This document shows positions 1 to 17,762 of a stretch of DNA of 64,000 nucleotides, piece by piece; position 1 is the stretch's first letter, and each line of letters starts with the position of its first letter. The notes under the pieces are model-generated. The model had not been told where the DNA came from. It searched no databases and was given only the letters and a program-made list of their open reading frames with translations. Origin of the DNA: the human T2T-CHM13v2.0 reference genome, Homo sapiens; NCBI RefSeq assembly GCF_009914755.1, contig NC_060931.1; one strand, 5' to 3'. Both the position numbers and the translations under genes were made by a program.

Positions 1-133
1 AGGAGTGCCCCCTGGTGTCACTCTAAATAAGCACTGGATCTCAGTAAAAAGTGCTTGCTGGGCCGGGTGCAGTGGCTCATGCCTGTAATCCCAGCACTTC
101 AGGAGGCCAAGGCGAGTGGATCGCTTGAGGTCA

Positions 134-1472
<1,339 letters not shown>

Positions 1473-1771
1473 TAGCAAAGGCCCTGTAGCAGTCACTTTC
1501 TCAAGGCACCACTCACGAGCTCGCAGCCACATCTTGTTCCTTTTTTTTTTTTCAGATGGAGTCTCACTCTGTCACCCAGGCTGGAGTGCAGTGGCACGAT
1601 CTTGGCTCACGGCAGCCTCTGCCTGCCGGGTTCGAGCAGTTCTCTGCCTCAGCCTCCCAAGTAGCTGGGATTACAGGCACCTGCTACCATGCCCGGATAA
1701 TTTTTATATTTTTAGTAGAGATGGGGTTTCACCATCTTGGCCAGGTTGGTCTAGAACTTCTGACCTCATGA

Positions 1772-2056
<285 letters not shown>

Positions 2057-2755
2057 TGAACTCCTGACCTCAGGTGGTCCTCCTGCCTCCGCCTCCCAAA
2101 GTGCTGGGATTACAGGCGTGAACCACTGCGCCCGGCCATATATATATTTTTGAGACAAGGTCTTGCTCTGTCGCTCAGGCTGGAGTGCAGTGTTGTGATC
2201 ATAGCTCACTGCAGCCTCAGCCTCCTGAGCTCAAGTAATCCTACCACTTCAGCCTCCTGAGTAGCTCGGACTACAGGCCCAAATCATTTATTTATTTATT
2301 TTGTAGAGATAGGGTCTTGTCACGTTGTCCAGGCTGGTCTTGAACTCCTGGCCTCAAGCAATCTTCCCACCTCAGCCTCCCAAAGTGCTGAGACTACAGG
2401 TGTGAGCCATGATTGCCAGTCCACGTCTTAGTTTTTAATCTCCCCTGCATGGCTGAGGGCAGAGGCCAGCCAGGAGCATCTGAGAGACCCAAATTTGCAT
2501 CCCACCATGGCCAGTTAGTAGTTGTGTGACCTCTGGTGATGGCATCACTTTGCTGAGCCTGCTCTGAGGGTGACTGTGTGGCCTAAAGGATAGAGGGCAC
2601 AGAGTTCCCACTCCAGAAGCGACACAGCACATCCCTGCCGCCCCAGGGCCCTGACGGCCTTGTGGGCTGGCAATGCCCAGTCGCCTCTCTCCTGGGTCTT
2701 TGGTGGGCTGCAGGGAGCAGTGGGAGCCTGGAGTCCCTGGTGCTGAGGTCCATGA

Positions 2756-2914
<159 letters not shown>

Positions 2915-3725
2915 TGAGACAGGGCGCCATGGGGGAGGGCGGGGCTGACGTCAACTGACTGCTGACATCATAGCGGGGAGCCGCACCTGAAAGCTCTACA
3001 CCCCAGCTTCTAGACACATTCCAGACCTGCTACCAGTGGATGACCTGGGCGTCGGTTGAAGGTTCTAGTTCCTGGGGAACCCTTCATGTCTCAGCTGGAT
3101 GGGCCTCTGCCCACCTCTTTTATTTTTTTTGAGCTAGGGGCTTGCTCTGTTGCCCGGGCTGGAATGCAGTAGTGCAATCATAGCTCACTGCAGCCTCCAA
3201 ATCCTGGACTCAAGCGATCCTCTTGCTTCTCAGCCTCCCAAGCAAGACTACCACGCCCAGCTAGACAGGATTTTTTTTTTTTTTTTGGAGACGGACTCTC
3301 GCTCTTTCGCCCAGGCTGGAGTGCAGTGGCGTGATATTGACTCACTGCAACCTCCGCCTGCTGAGTTCAAGCGATCAAGCGATTCTCCTGCCTTAGCCTC
3401 CTGAGTAGCTGGAACTACAGGCGCATGCCACCATGCCCGGCTAATTTTTGTATTTTTAAATGTAGAGACGGGTTTTCACCATGTTGGCCAGACTGGTCTC
3501 GAACCCCTGACTTCAAGTGATGCATCTGCCTCAGCCTCCCAAAGTGCTGGGATTACAAGCTTCAGCCACCATGCCCAGGCACCTGTTAACCCTTTAAAAA
3601 AAATTTTTTTTTTTTTTTGAGACAGTCTCACTCTGTTGCCCAAACTGGAGCACAGTAGCGCAATCACAGCTCACTGCAGCCTTGACCTCCTGGGTTCAAG
3701 CAATCCTCCCGCCTCAGCCTCCTGA

Positions 3726-4001
<276 letters not shown>

Positions 4002-4004
4002 TGA

Positions 4005-4346
<342 letters not shown>

Positions 4347-5352
4347 TAACAGAGTAAAGATTTGGCCAGGTGCGGTGGCTCACACTTAAAATCCCAGCAC
4401 TTTGCGAGGTTGAGGTGGAAGTATCACTGGAGGCCACGAGTTTGAGACCAGCCCGGGCAACACAGTGTGAGACCCTTGTCTCTACAAAAAGTTAAGAAAT
4501 TAGCTGGGTGTGGTGGTGCACCTGTAATCTCATAATCCCAGTTACTTGGGAGGCTGAGGCAGGAGGATAACTTAAGCATGGGAGGTCGAGGCTTCTGAAC
4601 TGAGCTATGGTCGTACCTCTGCACTTCAGCCTCGGCGACACAAAACCTGTCTCAAAAAAAAAAAAAAAAGAGCCAGGCCCGGTGGCTCACACCTGTAATC
4701 CCAGCAATTTGGGAGGCCAAGGAGGGCAGATCACCTGAGGTCAGGGGTTCAAGACCAACCTGGCCAACATGGCAAAACCCCATCTCTACTAAAAATACAA
4801 AAATTAGCCGGGTGTGGTGGTGGGCGCCCATGGTCCCAGCTGCTCGGGAGGCTGAGGCAGGAGAATTGCTTGAACCCAGAGGCAGAAGTTGCAGTGAGCC
4901 AAGGGTGAGCCACCGAGACTCCATCTCAAAAACAGAAAAAAAAAGATATTTACTTCTTGCTCACATTTTATGTCCAGTGTGGGTGTTGTGAGGTGCTCTG
5001 ATGGAAGCTGTCCCCAGCATGCTGTCCCAGATGCCACGAGGGAGCCGGAACCTGCGGAATCATGCCCTGGGTCTTAACATTTCTGCCCACATTTTATTGG
5101 CAGGTGCAATGGCAAGGCCACGCCTAATGCAAAGGGCGAGAGTTCGGGGTGTGCGGTTCCTCCAGGTGTCCAGGAAGGGCACTGCTCTCCCTCCCCTCCG
5201 CCCACATCTGTCAAGTCCCTTTTCACCCCTCTGCAAACATAATGGGGGTGCCAGGGCCAGGTCAGGCTTGCTTTTTGCCTAGAAAAGCAAACAGCTGCAG
5301 GGGTCTCCCCTAGAGCAGGTGTAACTGGCTGGGCAGGACAGAAGGCGCCTGA

Positions 5353-6500
<1,148 letters not shown>

Positions 6501-6909
6501 CGAATCAGAGGGAGCGGGAGCTGTATGGCAAGACTGGCCAAGCCCTTCGGTCTGTAAAACCTCCTGTGTCCGCCAGATCCGATGGCTTCCTCAGATGAAA
6601 CACCTTTGTCCAGCTATCAGCTTAGTCCCTGGCTGCCCCCACCCCCATCTCCTTTTTTGTCCTGTCCAGCTGCACTGCTGGCACTGTGTACACTCCGCAG
6701 ACACACGTGTCTTTCCTGCCTCCCAGGACTTGAGTGTCCTGTCCCATTTGCCTGCACCTCGCATGCCACTGTCCCCAAGGCAGAACTGACTTCTAAGCCC
6801 ACTACACCCCCTCGGTACTTCTCACTAAAGCCCGCTCCCCAAGAAGTCTGGGAGCGCCTGGTGGACAGGGTGGGCCTGAGCCCAGCGCCAGCACAGGTTG
6901 AATTCATAA

Positions 6910-7095
<186 letters not shown>

Positions 7096-7351
7096 TGACC
7101 CCCATCCTTCACTCCTGCAGAGATGGCACTGCATGGGGATGAGGGGTGGGGGCGGCCCCTTGACATCTGGGCCTTGGTGCTCACTGGGGCACCCGTCTTC
7201 AGGGCCGGGATTCCAACCCAGCTGACAGACTCCAAAACTGCAGGTTCTCTGCCCTCTGCTGTGCTGGGGCTGAGATGGGTGATCAGGTCCCTGGGAGTGG
7301 GGTGCCTGCAGGACAGCTGAGAACCAGCCTGTCCGTTCTGCCTCCCTGCAG

Positions 7352-7390
7352 AGCTTGGAGTCAGCCTTGAAGGACCTCAAGATCAAATGA
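7352..7390 (+). CDS. ARPC1B: ARPC1B last coding exon (SLESALKDLKIK*)
   Basis: ctgcag|AGC...AAA TGA; 3'UTR continues to about 7680. Confidence 0.97.
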   Translation, partial: SLESALKDLKIK

Positions 7391-7592
7391 CCTGTGAGGA
7401 ATATGTTGCCTTCATCCTAGCTGCTGGGGAAGCGGGGAGAGGGGTCAGGGAGGCTAATGGTTGCTTTGCTGAATGTTTCTGGGGTACCAATACGAGTTCC
7501 CATAGGGGCTGCTCCCTCAAAAAGGGAGGGGACAGATGGGGAGCTTTTCTTACCTATTCAAGGAATACGTGCCTTTTTCTTAAATGCTTTCA

Positions 7593-7598
7593 TTTATT
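7593..7598 (-). terminator. PDAP1: PDAP1 distal poly(A) signal (AATAAA on minus)
   Basis: TTTATT on plus strand, inside the ARPC1B 3'UTR. Confidence 0.65.
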
Positions 7599-7662
7599 GA
7601 AAAAAAAAAAAAATGCCCCCAAAGCACTATGCTGGTCATGAACTGCTTCAAAATGTGGAGGT

Positions 7663-7668
7663 AATAAA
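7663..7668 (+). terminator. ARPC1B: ARPC1B poly(A) signal AATAAA
   Basis: AATAAA in the 3'UTR, followed 12 nt later by a genomic A22 tract. Confidence 0.85.
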
Positions 7669-8062
7669 ATGCAACTGTGTAAAAAAAAAAAAAAAAAAAA
7701 AAGTAATTATGGACATGCTTGCCTATGTGGAAGGAGAGGTTTTTTGTTATTTCCTTGGGGTCTTGCTAAGTTTTCCAGGCTGCACTAGAACTCGTGGGAG
7801 CAATCCTTCTGCCTCAGCCTCCCAAGTAGCTGGGACTCCAGGGAGAGATTGGTGTTTGCACGGCCATAGGTAGATAGCTTATTTTTACTGCTTGCCAACA
7901 AAATTGATCCTGAAGCCCAACGGCCTTATGCCAAATGGTTCCCTCCCCACTGCTGTCCATCCTGGGCTGCCACTCCCAAAACTGCCAGTACCAGGTGTCA
8001 CTGATTGACTAGTCAAATTCCTGGACAAAGGGGCTACACACTCCAGGCTGGTTGTGGAACTT

Positions 8063-8350
8063 TTGTTTTGAGATGGAGTTTTGCTCGTCACCCAGGCTGG
8101 AGTGCAGTTGTGCGTTCTCAGCTCACTGCCACCTCTGCCTTCCTGGGATCAAGCGATTCTCCTGCCTCAGCCTCCCAAGTAGCTGGGATTACAGGCATAC
8201 ACCACCAAGCCTGGTTAATTTTTGTATTTTTAGTAGAGACGGAGTTTCTCCATGTTGGCCAGGCTGGTCTTGAACTCCTGACCTCAGATGATCCACCCAC
8301 CTCACCTCCCAAAGTGCTGGGATTACAGGCATGAGCCACCATGCCCGGCC
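8063..8350 (-). mobile_element. Alu in the PDAP1 long 3'UTR
   Basis: full Alu with 14-bp TSD tggttgtggaactt (8049-8062, 8351-8364). Confidence 0.95.
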
Positions 8351-8372
8351 TGGTTGTGGAACTTCACGGGAA

Positions 8373-8378
8373 TTTATT
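8373..8378 (-). terminator. PDAP1: Candidate PDAP1 proximal poly(A) signal
   Basis: TTTATT on plus strand just upstream (in minus sense) of the 3'UTR Alu. Confidence 0.5.
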
Positions 8379-9581
8379 TTGTCATTACAATGTTGGCAAG
8401 ATATTTTTTTCGTGTGCTGTAAACTGAGGTTCTGTCTTGGAGTTTATGTCATGTCACCAGGTCCTGTGCTGAAGGGCATTTGCACATCTTTTGTGGCTTC
8501 TCTCAGGAAAATGTGGGCCTTGGCGACATCCAATGCTAGTGCTATTCCCCTTCTCCCCTAGAGTTACAGAATTATAACCACCAGGGGACACCTACAGGCC
8601 AGGCCAGGCCAGGATCCTGGTGCTGCTTCAGCCTACTGTGGCCTGGAAGGGTCCCTGCCTGCTGAGGCCTAAGATCCTGACTTGGCTAAAGGAGGGGAGG
8701 GGGCAGGCTGTGGTATCTAGGGTCCATCCCCGCATCCTGCTCGGTGCCACCTGACAGATGTCATGCCCCAGGTAGGTATGTGCCCTGAACCTTGCCGGGT
8801 GCACGTGCCTGAACGTGGCACCGTACCCAGCTGGGTAAAAACGGCTCGAGCACGGAAGCCAAAGGATGGATTGCCAAAACAAAGATTACGATAATGTCAA
8901 GTTTAATCTGCCAAATATACAAGTTGAATTTGTGGAGCATGTTTTGCCTGGGTGCCACACAGTAAACAGAGGTTTCTTGAAATGATCAATGGGTAGGGCT
9001 GAAAATGGGCACTGGCCCTAGCCAGGTGAGTAGGAACCGGGCAGGGAAGGGCAGAGAGGTGAGGCCCTGAGGTCAGTCAGACAGGACTGACCAGGGACAA
9101 GCCATGACCCTCGAGGACCCAGGGGCACAGGCTCCCAGATGATAGCCCCTCTCTGAATGAGCACCCAGGCAACACAGTCCGGGGCTGTGTGTAGCAAACC
9201 TGTCAGCAGCTGCCTCCTGGGACAACCACCCCCTTACATGCTATCTATCTACCAGACAAATGAAAGCTCTTCTTACCCCATCTCCCAGGCACCCCCCAGC
9301 AAGGGCTCTGAATTCTAAAAACAGCAAAAACATTCAAATGGTTACATATGAAATGCTGTCCTGCATCTTTCTGTCTCAAAGATAGCAGCTACCCCTCCCC
9401 CAGTCCCCCCCCCATCCCCCAAACAATTTCTGTGCCAAGATGAAGAGGAGGCCCCAGGCCATGGGGGGCTCCTGGCCATGAGGGGCTGTTGCAGCGGCGC
9501 CAGGGCACAGGGTGGGCGAGACACAGCAGAGGTCCTGGCAGCGCGGCCCAGGTCCCCGGCATCTCCTCCCACGGGTCGCAG

Positions 9582-9640
9582 TTACTTATTCAGGGAGAGT
9601 GACTGCATTCGTTTTCCTGACAATGTGGCATCGTCTTTTG
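9582..9640 (-). CDS. PDAP1: PDAP1 exon 6 CDS (AKDDATLSGKRMQSLSLNK*)
   Basis: cccctcag|CA AAA GAC...AAG TAA; six exons sum to 546 nt = 181 aa + stop. Confidence 0.96.
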
Positions 9641-10761
9641 CTGAGGGGTGGGAGAAGGGCAGGGGTTAAAACAAAGCAACCCCCCACCCCCTCCCAACAC
9701 ACGTGCCAGAACCCTAGAACTTTAGGTCTGAAAGGCTGCAGAAAACATTCTGTGCAACAGAGAAGAGCCGAGGCGTGGGAGAGGATTTCTGCTGCAGCTG
9801 TAACCCCGGGCCCCCCGACATTCCCGACACGCTTCAGTGGCCAGACCACCTTATAGAAAGCTGTTCCTTCCACAAAGCCCCACCAACACACACTCTTGTG
9901 GGCAAACGGAAACTTCTCACCCCACCTCCCAGCAGAACCCTGTAATTCTAACCTCCCTCCACGGGTTCTGAAGTCTAAAATTTAAACATTCCAACAGTTA
10001 CATGTGAAGTCCTTTCCTGCTTGGGGTTTGTGAAGCAGGGTTGAATGGGAAGTTGGGATCACTGGATTTCTGGTGCGGGTGACAATGTCCCTGAGCAATT
10101 GGTTTCCCCTTTCCAGGCCTGCTTCCTCATGGTCTGGTGAGGAGGCAGGACAGATGGACATGTAGGGGCTCTCACAGACCCCCGGGAGATGGAATGTTGC
10201 AAGTTGAATGCTCCTATAAACTGGACCAACTCCCATAGCCACTCTGGCCTAGAGGAACCTCCACCATCTCTGGCCTGCCTGGAGGGGAGAGCACAGGAAA
10301 AGGGATGCCTGGGCTGGATGTCAAGCCAGTCTGCACTGCTGTGTATCCAGCTCACCCTCCCAAGCCCTGCAGATGGACAGCGGTGACCTCAGGCATCTCT
10401 CCTGGGTTCCCAAGGCACCAGAGACCTTAGTGGGACCTGTGAGCCTCAGGCAAGGTCTGTACTAGGGGCATGGTTTCCTGTGACCTCCCGCTGTTGGGAG
10501 CAGGAGTGACTGTCCACCTACTGTGGACGGTGCTCTGCTGAGACTTCAACCTACATCCGACCCCATGATGTCGCTGGACCCTCCTGGTCCCCGAGGGAGT
10601 GGCAGGCACAGGGAGGGTGGCCCTCTCCTGAACGACCTCCTAGGCAGCAGTCACTCCTCACCTCATTGTCACCTCGCGGACAGGGACACGAGTTCAGTGC
10701 TTTGTGGCTGGCCCAGGACCAGAGTTGGGGCCTGTCCCTGCGTGCGCAGCCCAGCCCTTAC

Positions 10762-10913
10762 CTTTCCTTTCCTCTTCCTTCTTCCGGGCAGCCTCCTCCC
10801 GCTGTTTCCGGATGATGGCCAGCCGGGCCAGGTCAGCCTTGGCTTGCTCTGTCTTCCCGGCCAAGTGCATTTTCATGTAACGCTCTTTTGCCTTCTGCTT
10901 CTCAATCTCTTCT
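10762..10913 (-). CDS. PDAP1: PDAP1 exon 5
   Basis: cacag|...[50 protein letters not shown]|gtaagg. Confidence 0.97.
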
Positions 10914-11167
10914 CTGTGTGGATAAAATGGTGTCATGGGGACATCTTTCCTACCACTGTTTGCCAAACTGGACGGGAGTCAGAATAAAGGCCAAGGATTC
11001 GGCCTAGGGCCGAGGTGGAAGGGGTGCCCTGGCTGTGAGTCCCTGCCTCCATGAACCCCCTGCTTGGTGGACGTTCACCAAGCAAGTGAGCAGGAGGGAG
11101 AGGCCCAGGGAGAAAACATCTGCGATGTCCAGAAAGCCTCAGAGGGAAAGGGGACAATGTCCAGCTA

Positions 11168-11443
<276 letters not shown>

Positions 11444-11446
11444 TTA

Positions 11447-11596
<150 letters not shown>

Positions 11597-13203
11597 CTAT
11601 CTCTAAAAAATACAAACAAAAAAAGGAATGAAGAAGTGGAGGAAGCAGCCACAGGGCATAGGATGAGGACCACAGTGGGAAACAGACACACCCAGTCTCA
11701 GGTCAACACCACATGGCCCATTCTTAGAGCAGCTCAGATGTGCACGGTGCTGCCCCCCAAGGGGACAGCCCCCATCAGTAGGGAGATGGGAATAATTGCT
11801 GGGCTCCCATGGGACAAAGTGTCAGGAATGAACCCCCTAAGTAGAGTCAGTGGTGAGGGTCATTAGCTTCCTTTTGAGGATCTTCCCAAGCTTGAGATTC
11901 TGAACTGGAGTGGATGCCCTTCAGGATGAGATCGGAGGGCCTATTTGCACTGGGTTCCTGGAAGAGCCAAGTGCTGGAGGAGGGGAGGGCCCTGCCTGGC
12001 AGGAGGCTGGGAGAGAGACTCGGCCTCCCAGAGGCCTTCAAGGTACACAGAACTGGGGAGTAATGAGAAACCAGGCATGGGAGCTAGCTAGAGGGGAGGG
12101 AGAGGGACTCCCGAGTGGGAAGAGCAGATGCCTCACTACAGAGCTGAGGAGATAATACCTGGCGAACCGCAGATCCTAGCTCAGGAGGGATGTGCCACAC
12201 TCAGAAGCCTCTAAGCTGAGCCTCAGGAATGATGACTAAGGCAGCCCAAAGACTCTGCAGGGCCCTTCAGTGAAAGCAAAATGCCAGGCAGGGTGTCTCT
12301 GCAACCCCAAAGGACAGAAGGAGGGAGCAACAGGATCCCTTTTACTGGAGAGGACACTGATGCCCAGAAAGGGCACAGCCTTATCGAAGGCTGCACAGCT
12401 GCCAATGGCAGAATACCACAGTGGCAGAACACCCAGGTTGCTGGGTTTTTGAAGTCAATGCCAAGAGGAAGCTACTGAAGGGGGACAGAAGGGTCCTTAG
12501 CAGCTGCAATCACACCCAAGCTCATGGCCTTCCCCACGAGGCTTTCACAGACACACCCCTCAGCCATTATCCTAAATTCCCAGTCAGGAGAGAAACTAGC
12601 AGGCTTCAACCTCTTGTAAGGCCCTTGAGGTCACCTGGTGGCTGCCAAAAGTCAGGGCACCAGTCAAGGACTGATCCTGTGCCAGGCACTTCAGTACATG
12701 ATCTTGATCCTCATACGACTCTTGAGGAAGATATTTACAGCTTCATTTTCACACAGGACTTGCAGAGGCCTGGGACAGCTGGCTGAGCTGCGCTGGGCTG
12801 GACTGCCTTCTGGCCGGCACAGGCTCGCAGCCCCCTTCCAGTCCCCATGGCCACGACATTACAGATGGATGCAGGTCAGGAATGGTCAGATCAGTGGGGT
12901 AAGGGAAGTCTCCCCAGGGTGTGGTGCTCTGGAAGAGGGGAATGGAGGGCAACCCTCTGTATCCTGCACCATTACCTCAAGTGTTATGCTCAGGTCTGAG
13001 CCTGTTGTCCTATTTCCCCTGATATCATGTATCAATTGGTGAAAACAAATTCTGTGTGGCTTTTTAAAGGCTACTGGAGGGCCATTGGGGAATGAGACAG
13101 AAATAAACAGCCACAGCTCCCAGCCAGCTGGGGACCTTAGCATCCCACAGGCCAACTGCTGGCCTGTATTCCCCGTGACACAAGGCCCAGCCAGTGATGT
13201 TAC

Positions 13204-13325
13204 CGTTCTCTCCTCGAAAGCTCCTTTGGCCCGTCCAGATCCAGTTGTGTGACCTTTTTGGTTGTCTGTGCCACCCGGTTGGGGTTCTCGATGTCGATGA
13301 GCCCTTCAACGCCTTTGCGCTTTTG
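13204..13325 (-). CDS. PDAP1: PDAP1 exon 4
   Basis: tctag|[42 protein letters not shown]|gtaaca. Confidence 0.96.
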
Positions 13326-14907
13326 CTAGAACAGGGCAAGAAGCTGGTTGTTGGAGTTCAGGTCCTGTGGAGCCCCTGAGGGCCACTCCTGCCATCTCTC
13401 AACAGCCCATCTGGATGAGGACAAACTCCTGCTCCACCCCAGCCCACGTAGTGCTCAGCCCAAGTCTCACAGTGGGTATAGCTCTCTGGAGCATCTTCAT
13501 CAGCCTGGGAAGAGCCCACAGAACGGCTGCTCGGGGTCGAATAACTTGCCCAAGTCAACCAGGAAGTAGGTGGTAGATGAGAGGTGCGCCCTACCCCGAC
13601 TTGCAAGCACTCACACAGCACTACTCCCCTACTTCAAGCTCGGCTTCCAAAAGCAGTTTTCCATGGAATCCCATGCCTGATTCTTCTTGCAAAAAGCGCT
13701 GGGCTGGAATCCCCAGGGCAGGGTGGGCCAAGTGTGTGCTGTCATGACTAATTCCAATTCCCACCCACCTTAGCTGATGGACTGGACTTGTAACCCAAGA
13801 ATAAGCTACTGGATCACACACTCTACAGGTTTGGGACGCTGGCCCAAAAACCTGGAATCTGCACCTTCCACCTCCCCTGCAGAAGTTCCAGAAGAAGGGG
13901 GTGTGTTCTCAATGCAGCAGGTTTGGTCAAAGTTTCAGGCCCTGTCAATTCCATCAATTCTCCTTAAGGGGGCAGGGAGACAGCTTCCACTCCACAGAGC
14001 TCCCTCCACACACTTCCAGTCCAGCTGCACACTTACACCTCCACTCAGATGCCTGGCACTGTAAACTTAACATGTCCAAGACAGAACTCGAGATTCATCC
14101 TTTACCCAACCGGACCCTCCCTGCAATCCTAAGCATATCCTTGATTCGTCGTTCCTTCAGCAACCCCCAAATACAGCTTAAATTTGTCCACTCTTCTCCA
14201 CTGCCATTGTCACCATCCTAGGGCAAGCCACGATTTTTTTTCTTTTGAGACAGAGTTTCCCTCTTCTTGCCCAGGCTGGAGGGCAATGGCACAATCTCGG
14301 CTCACCACAACCTCGGTCTCCTGGGTTCAAGCAATTCTCCTGCCTCAGCCTGAGTATTTGGGATTACAGGCATGAACCACCACCCCCGACTAATTTTGTA
14401 TTTTTAGTAGAGACAGGTTTTCTCCATGTTGGTCAGGCTGGTCTCGAAATCTCGACCTCAGGTGATCCGCCCGCCTTGGCCTCCCAAAGTGCTGGGATTA
14501 CAGGTGTGAGCCACCACACCCGGCCCAGGATTTCTGATCTGAACACTGCTCTTACTCTCAACATCCTATCATTCACTCTCCATGAAGAAGCTAAAATAAT
14601 CTTTTTTTTTTTTTTTTGAGACGGAGTCTCACTCTGTCGCCCAGGCTGGAGTGCAGTGGCATAGTCTTGGCTCACTGCACTCCGCCTCCCGGGTTCACGC
14701 CATTCTCCTGCCTCAGCCTCCCAAGTAGCTGGGACTACAGGCGCCTGCCACCACACCTGGCTAATTTTTGTATTTTTAGTAGAGACGGGGTTTCACTGTG
14801 TTAGCCAGGATGGTCTCGATCTCCTGACCTTGTGATCCACCCACCTTGGCTTCCCAAAGTAAAATAATCTTTTAAAAGCATATCTGGAGGCTGGGCGCAG
14901 TGGCTCA

Positions 14908-15203
<296 letters not shown>

Positions 15204-15620
15204 CTACCATAAAGAAACCCCATGCCAGGCATGGTGGCTCATGCTGCTGCAATCTCAACACCTCAGGAGGGTGAAGTGGGAGGATTACTTGAGCCCAGGA
15301 GTTGGAGACCACCTGGGCAATATAGTGAGATCCCTATCTCTACAAAAAATTTAAAAATTAGGTAGATGTGGTGGCGTGTGCCTTTGGTCCCAGCTACTTG
15401 GAAGGCTGAGGCTGCGGTGCTTCACTGCAGCTTCACTCCACTCCAGCCTGGGTGACAGAACGAGACCCTGTCTCAAAAAAAAAAAAAAAAAAAAAAAAAG
15501 GGGGCTGGGCTAGTGGCTCACGCTTATAATCCCAGTACTTTGGGAGGCTGATGCGGGTGGATCACGAGGTCAGGAGATGGAGACCATTCTGGCTAACACA
15601 GTGAAACCCTGTCTCTACTA

Positions 15621-15827
<207 letters not shown>

Positions 15828-16298
15828 TCAACAGCTACACAGGAGGTGCCCTTGCCAATTCTCCTCCTGCATCTGGACCACTCCGCTCCTTACCCACTAA
15901 CTCACAGCTACACTGGCCCCCTTCTGGTCCTTGAACATGCCAAGCTTATTCCCACCACAGGACCTTTGCACTTGCTAATCCAGTTTCTCAATTGCTCTGC
16001 ACGCCAATTTTCACATAGCTGGCTGCATCTTGTTTTTTCAGATCTCAGTTTATAAGTTGCTTCACCACCACAACACTTTTCCAAGTCCCCTCAATCACAG
16101 TCTGTTTTGTTAGTAACACTTCTCATTACTTGAAATGACACTGTCTGTTTACTTCTTTGTTGTATCTCCCGTAGTGTAAACCCTCAAGAGCAAGGACGTT
16201 GTCTGCATCTACCTTTGGGACTAGTACTAAACGGTCACTCAACGTTTGTTTGTTGAATGAATGAGTCCAGGCTCTAGGCCCTCAAAAGAACTCAGTAC

Positions 16299-16406
16299 CT
16301 GGTAGTCATCTTCTTCATCCTCACTCTCATCTGAGTCTAGAGATTTCTTCTCCTTTTTGGGGTCACCTGCAGCCCCATCTCCACCTTCTTTTTGCTCCTC
16401 TTCTTC
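16299..16406 (-). CDS. PDAP1: PDAP1 exon 3
   Basis: acag|[36 protein letters not shown]|gtactg. Confidence 0.96.
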
Positions 16407-17762
16407 CTGTTTCAGAAATGGACAACCTGCAGAATCAAAAATGCAAAACAAATCCCCAAGACTGTGACCCTATCACCCCCCAGACTGTGGATCTTGAGAA
16501 ATCAAGCCTCTGGAAGGCTGGAACCAAGGATGACAAGGGTCCTACTGTGACCCTGGCCCCCAGGGAATGGGACCTGGGCCAGACACAGGCAGCCTATGCA
16601 CTTAGCACCACAGCTTAGAGGCCATTCCCATAGTCCAGGAAGCCCCTCACACAGCCACAGAAGGCCCTGCTCCCCTTCCTAACGCAGCCACCTCAGCAGC
16701 CAGGGTGAGAAGCTTGTTTCCTGGGGTCAGAAGGACTCAGCCACCAGGCTGAAAACCACCATCCTACTCAGCTCCCACCTGCCACATGCAGCTGCCAAAT
16801 CATGCTGGCATTCCCAGGCGAGTCCTCTCCGCACTCCACTCCCACTCCATGGCAAGTCATCCCCCCGACCCACCCACACAGGTGACCTCCTGCACCAGCT
16901 CCCCAGAACAACACCTCGGAAGGCTGCTTCCCTCCACCTTTCTTGCCTTCCCACCAAAAATGTCCCTTATAGGAACCTCATGTCCCTTCACCTCTTGGCA
17001 CCTGCCCACACATTCTCCATGTCCTGCTCAGCTGCTGGCTCCCCCAAGGACCCCTCCCAGACCCCACAGCTGGATGTGGCCTTTCCCTTCTTGAGACTCC
17101 TGGGGTACGTCACAGCTGTGTACCCATCTGGCCCTGACTGCTCCCTTAGGCCCTTGATCCAGGCATCAATCTAATGATATGGTAAGATGCAGATGCTGAC
17201 GATGGGAATGTATTCTATTTCCTAACGGTGGCCTGGACAATGTACTATGGGAGCAGAGGAGAGGGAACTACTAAATCAGCTCTGGCTGGAGGTGAGGCAT
17301 GAGTCACAGAGGAGGAGAGGCTAAACAACGTCTCCAGGGATGGAGAGCATGCTGATGCTGGGGGTGTGGGAAGGCAGGGCATATGTCATGTGCAGTGTGG
17401 CAAATCATCCTGTGTGGCTGCAGCAGACAAGCAGGGGTGCTGGGAGCTCGAGCTGTGAATGGACAGGTCCTGCAGGAGGGAGATCCTCCTGAAAGTAGGT
17501 GCACAAGACCAAGAACAGGGCCCCACTAAAGCAGCTGCTGCAGAGCAGCCACAGTTCTTTCTAACCCATCCAGGCAGAGGATGCCCACGCCCTGACTGTC
17601 ATTGGTTGTTCTGAGACTCACACCTGGGGCTCACTGCCCGCCCGACCCCCACGTGCTGGCTTGTCCCTGCGAATGGGTAGTCCTTGCCTGGCCTCTCTAT
17701 GAACCAAATTGGCAAAGCGCCACCCTGGGCCACTGGCGTGGCCTGGACAGGCACGTACTCAC

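Noticed and set aside
7663-7702. AATAAA + A22 as the tail of a processed pseudogene
   Set aside because: Upstream sequence is the intron-containing ARPC1B gene and no TSD is evident
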